64,000 nucleotides of DNA from Alloascoidea hylecoeti (lineage: Eukaryota). Below the pieces are notes generated by a model. That model saw only the letters and a list, made by a program, of their open reading frames with translations. It was not told where the DNA came from and made no database searches. Of the stretch, positions 60,603-64,000 are shown in pieces (the stretch's first letter is position 1; every line of letters starts with the position of its first letter). The stretch lies in contig BCKZ01000014.1 in assembly GCA_001600815.1 (NCBI GenBank), positions 186,001 to 250,000 on the forward strand, in the 5' to 3' direction. The position numbers were made by a program, and so were the translations under genes.

Positions 60603-61913
60603 TTAAATAGTAACAGAATCATGGAATTTCTTTCCAGCATAAATAGCCTTATCACCTAATTCCTCTTCAATTCTTAAGATTTGATTGTATTTACCTAACC
60701 TTTCAGATCTTGCTGGGGCACCAGTCTTAATTTGACCAGTTCTTAAACCAACAACTAAATCAGCAATAAAAGTATCTTCAGTTTCACCTGATCTATGAGA
60801 AACCATAACACCCCAACCAGCAGCATAAGAATCTTTTGCAGCTTGGATAGATTCGCTTAAAGTACCGATTTGATTAACCTTTAATAATAAGGCATTAGCT
60901 GCCTTCTTTTCAATGGCTTCTTTAATACGGATTGGGTTTGTAACTGTTAAATCATCACCAACAATTTGAATGTTAACCTTCTTGTAGAAGGATGACCATG
61001 ATTCCCAATCATCTTCAGCAAATGGATCTTCAATAGAAACAATTGGGTAATCAGCAATTAATTCATTATATAAATCACCAAGTTGTTCACCAGTTAGCCA
61101 TTTGCTTGGGTCAGAATCAGGATTCTTGAAATCTAAATCATATTTACCATCTTTGAAGAATTCAGAAGAGGCAACATCTAAAGCAATTCCAACTTGACCA
61201 TCATAACCAGCAGCTTTAATGGCACCATAAACCAAATCTAAAGCTTCACGTGGAGTGTGAATATCTGGAGCAACACCACCTTCATCACCAACATTACCAG
61301 CGGATTGACCATACTTCTTCTTAGCTAAAGATTTTAATGTATGATAAACTTCAGAACCAATTCTCAAAGCTTCGGCGAAAGTTGGAGCACCAGTTGGAGC
61401 AATCATAAATTCTTGGAATGCTAAAGCACCACCAGCATGGGAACCACCATTCAAGACATTTTGGAATGGAACTGGTAAAACATATGGAGCAGGGGTACCG
61501 GATAATTCAGCAAGATGTTGATATAATGGAATACCTTTCTCGGCAGCAGCGGCAACAGCAGCAGCTAATGAAACACCTAGGATGGCATTGGCACCGAATT
61601 TTGATTTATTTGGTGTTCCATCAAGAGCAACAAGGAAATCATCAACAGCCTTTTGATCCTTAATATCAAGATTGGCAGCAACAACAGCTGGTGCAATTGA
61701 ATCATTGACATTGGCAACAGCTTTTAAAACACCTTTTCCTTGCCATTTAGATTTATCACCATCACGGAGTTCTAAGGCCTCGTGGACACCAGTAGAAGCA
61801 CCAGAAGGAACGATTGCTCTAAATCGACCATTTTCTGTGAAAAGATCGACTTCGACAGTGGGATTACCACGGGAGTCATAAACGTATCTAGCGTGGATCT
61901 TTGAAATAGCCAT
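60603..61913 (-). CDS. ENO1: Enolase
   Basis: [51 protein letters not shown]. Confidence 0.98.
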   Translation of the reverse strand: MAISKIHARYVYDSRGNPTVEVDLFTENGRFRAIVPSGASTGVHEALELRDGDKSKWQGKGVLKAVANVNDSIAPAVVAANLDIKDQKAVDDFLVALDGTPNKSKFGANAILGVSLAAAVAAAAEKGIPLYQHLAELSGTPAPYVLPVPFQNVLNGGSHAGGALAFQEFMIAPTGAPTFAEALRIGSEVYHTLKSLAKKKYGQSAGNVGDEGGVAPDIHTPREALDLVYGAIKAAGYDGQVGIALDVASSEFFKDGKYDLDFKNPDSDPSKWLTGEQLGDLYNELIADYPIVSIEDPFAEDDWESWSSFYKKVNIQIVGDDLTVTNPIRIKEAIEKKAANALLLKVNQIGTLSESIQAAKDSYAAGWGVMVSHRSGETEDTFIADLVVGLRTGQIKTGAPARSERLGKYNQILRIEEELGDKAIYAGKKFHDSVTI

Positions 61914-62847
61914 TGTAGTGTAAAAAGATAAGTTGGTATAGAATTAATGAGGAAGGAAATTCTTAATAAGAAAAAGAAGGAAAAGGGGGGGATGTGGTGT
62001 TTTTATAGATCAATGGCAAATGCATTATTAAATATATTAATGCAATGGTATAGCGTGGTGTCAATTGGAATTGAATATTATACACCTCTTCCATCTTTTT
62101 CCATTCTTACCTCACGACACTCCTTAATTGTGACATAATTAATGTATTTGAATCCAATTGATCATCACGAGTAAAAATTAGAATATCACCTTCTTGAAGT
62201 TCCTTTAGATCAATTGCGGTATATAATTATCACCACAAAATCTGGGGTACTTCTTAATCTTAGACACCACTACATAAAAGTCAATCGATTAATATGCCAT
62301 CAGTTGACGAAATTACTCAATAACAATCAGGGTAACTTGATTCCATAAACCTTCTTCAATTATATGAATCCTCTCATTTCGATTGCAATTGGAGTTGAAA
62401 AATGATATAGAAAATCATGATTCACTATTAATTATAATCACTTACTATTTTTTCAATTGTGATTGCAATTGTCTGATGTTGATTCTGTTGATTGGATTCT
62501 AGGCTTATAACTTTTTAACATTTGATGAGAGAACATCACAAGATTCCACGTGCATTAAAACATACATCACAAGTTGAATATTGATGCTCATTAAATATCA
62601 TGATATTCACCCTTTTTATGCTACACATTTTGTTTCACTTAGGATTCTTTAACTCCATCGGTATGTTCATTAATCAAATTTATCACTAACTCCAAAATTT
62701 CATCATATCCACCTGTAACTTACACATTGATAATACACAATTGCAAACATAATCTAAAAAACAATTATTTCATTGATGCTAGTAATTAATATTATTTGAA
62801 ATTGCAACTGCATTATACTTGTTCTTTTTTATAAATGTGTCCTTTTT

Positions 62848-64000
62848 CTAATTATCCATCCAATCATCTTTATCATTAACACCAAATCTTGCCCTTAATA
62901 CTTCTTCAATCTTTGGCCAAGCGTTTGTATTACTTACCGTAATTTTCTTAATTCTTGAAAAAATCTTAGCTTTCATAAATCCTTGATCAATTAAACTGAT
63001 AACAATATTTTCAACACCAAAAAATGAAGTTGAAATAGGAATTGGTGATTCCAAAATATTTATAGTAGAATCACTTTCATTAATATTTGAGTTTGAATTT
63101 GAATGTGAATTGGTTATTATTCTATGTAAAAGTGAAAATTCAAGACCCATTTGAATACTTGAATAAGATAATGAATTACTCTTTTGTTGTCTTTGAATTT
63201 TCATTATTAAAGTTCTTAAAATTAATAATGGTATTTTGTCCATTAATAATAATAATAAACCACGTTCTCTAAACCATTCACCATAACCTATTATTTCAAA
63301 TTGTTGTTGATTTGAAATAATATTTAAATGATCAGTGAAAAGTTTTAAATTGCCTGTTTTAATAGATATAACAATTGGTTTATAATTATCATATAAATTA
63401 TATTGTTGTAATAATTCATCTTTTGGTAATATACCCATTATCATTGATACAGGTATTAAATATTTCAAAATTAATCTTATATTATTATCCATAAAACAAT
63501 TTTGAAATGCCCAGTTTAAATGTCTATAACTATCCAAAATTTGTGATTTATATAAATAAAATCTTCCTAAATAATATTTATATTCAACTTGTTGAGATTT
63601 TGGATATAAATTAAATTTAATTGAAGCTGTATGCATATTACTAAAAACATTTGCACAAGACATTGGAACATTATTTGTGAAATATAATCGACATAACATT
63701 GTTGATATAAATAAAAGAATTAATTTCCTACCTGTTATTGAACTAGAGTTATTATTTGATTGTGATATTGATAATGATGGATCTTGTCTTTCACTTCTTA
63801 TACTATTAAAAATCTTTAAAATAATCGTTGATAAATGTGATAATCTTGGTTTTCTATTGAAATCATATTCAAAATCTAAACTTTTTGCTAATGAAACTAT
63901 TTGACTCGTAGTTGAATAAACAGTCATTGTTAATATTAATGCTCTATGATTTGTAAAAGCTGTTTGTAAATTTGAATAAAAATCATCAAATAAATCATAT
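62848..64000 (-). CDS. PCI-domain protein (Thp1/Csn12/PCID2-like), 5'-truncated
   Basis: Frame is open to the window edge; LCRLYF, SQQVEYKYYLGRFY, HLNWAF, ILKYLIP, VISLIDQGFMKAKI. Confidence 0.75.
   Translation of the reverse strand, partial: YDLFDDFYSNLQTAFTNHRALILTMTVYSTTSQIVSLAKSLDFEYDFNRKPRLSHLSTIILKIFNSIRSERQDPSLSISQSNNNSSSITGRKLILLFISTMLCRLYFTNNVPMSCANVFSNMHTASIKFNLYPKSQQVEYKYYLGRFYLYKSQILDSYRHLNWAFQNCFMDNNIRLILKYLIPVSMIMGILPKDELLQQYNLYDNYKPIVISIKTGNLKLFTDHLNIISNQQQFEIIGYGEWFRERGLLLLLMDKIPLLILRTLIMKIQRQQKSNSLSYSSIQMGLEFSLLHRIITNSHSNSNSNINESDSTINILESPIPISTSFFGVENIVISLIDQGFMKAKIFSRIKKITVSNTNAWPKIEEVLRARFGVNDKDDWMDN

Noticed and set aside
471..63904. Short ORFs antisense to or overlapping real genes (e.g. 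471-668, 3611-3919, 3680-3979, 10842-11381, 48268-48624, 61672-61881)
   Set aside because: Shadows of real CDS or of microsatellites; no independent motifs.

Overview
AT-rich, intron-containing fungal DNA, most consistent with a budding yeast (Saccharomycotina) using the standard code (CTG sits at conserved Leu positions in Sit4). Core genes: TAP42, APE4, RNR2, SIT4, DNA2, CLD1-like, ERG1, ENO, a PCI-domain (Thp1/Csn12-like) gene, an MFS pump, a CaMK-group kinase, a flavin-reductase-like gene, two Skg3/Caf120-type PH proteins and two intron-containing tRNAs. The 5-21 kb part is a duplication-rich accessory block: a head-to-head alanine aminotransferase pair sharing a ~500-bp near-perfect inverted repeat, two tandem DOPA 4,5-dioxygenase-family genes and four GNAT acetyltransferase paralogs. 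Manual splicing shows a 2-nt micro-exon inside the catalytic GDIHG motif of SIT4 and, in the next gene, a 4-nt micro-exon supplying the first Cys of a Zn2Cys6 cluster that the ORF track misses. Intergenic DNA holds decayed Ty1/copia and L1-like remnants, a TA-flanked MITE family and a frameshifted DPH3-like gene. All calls are by eye from motifs; no database searches were run.
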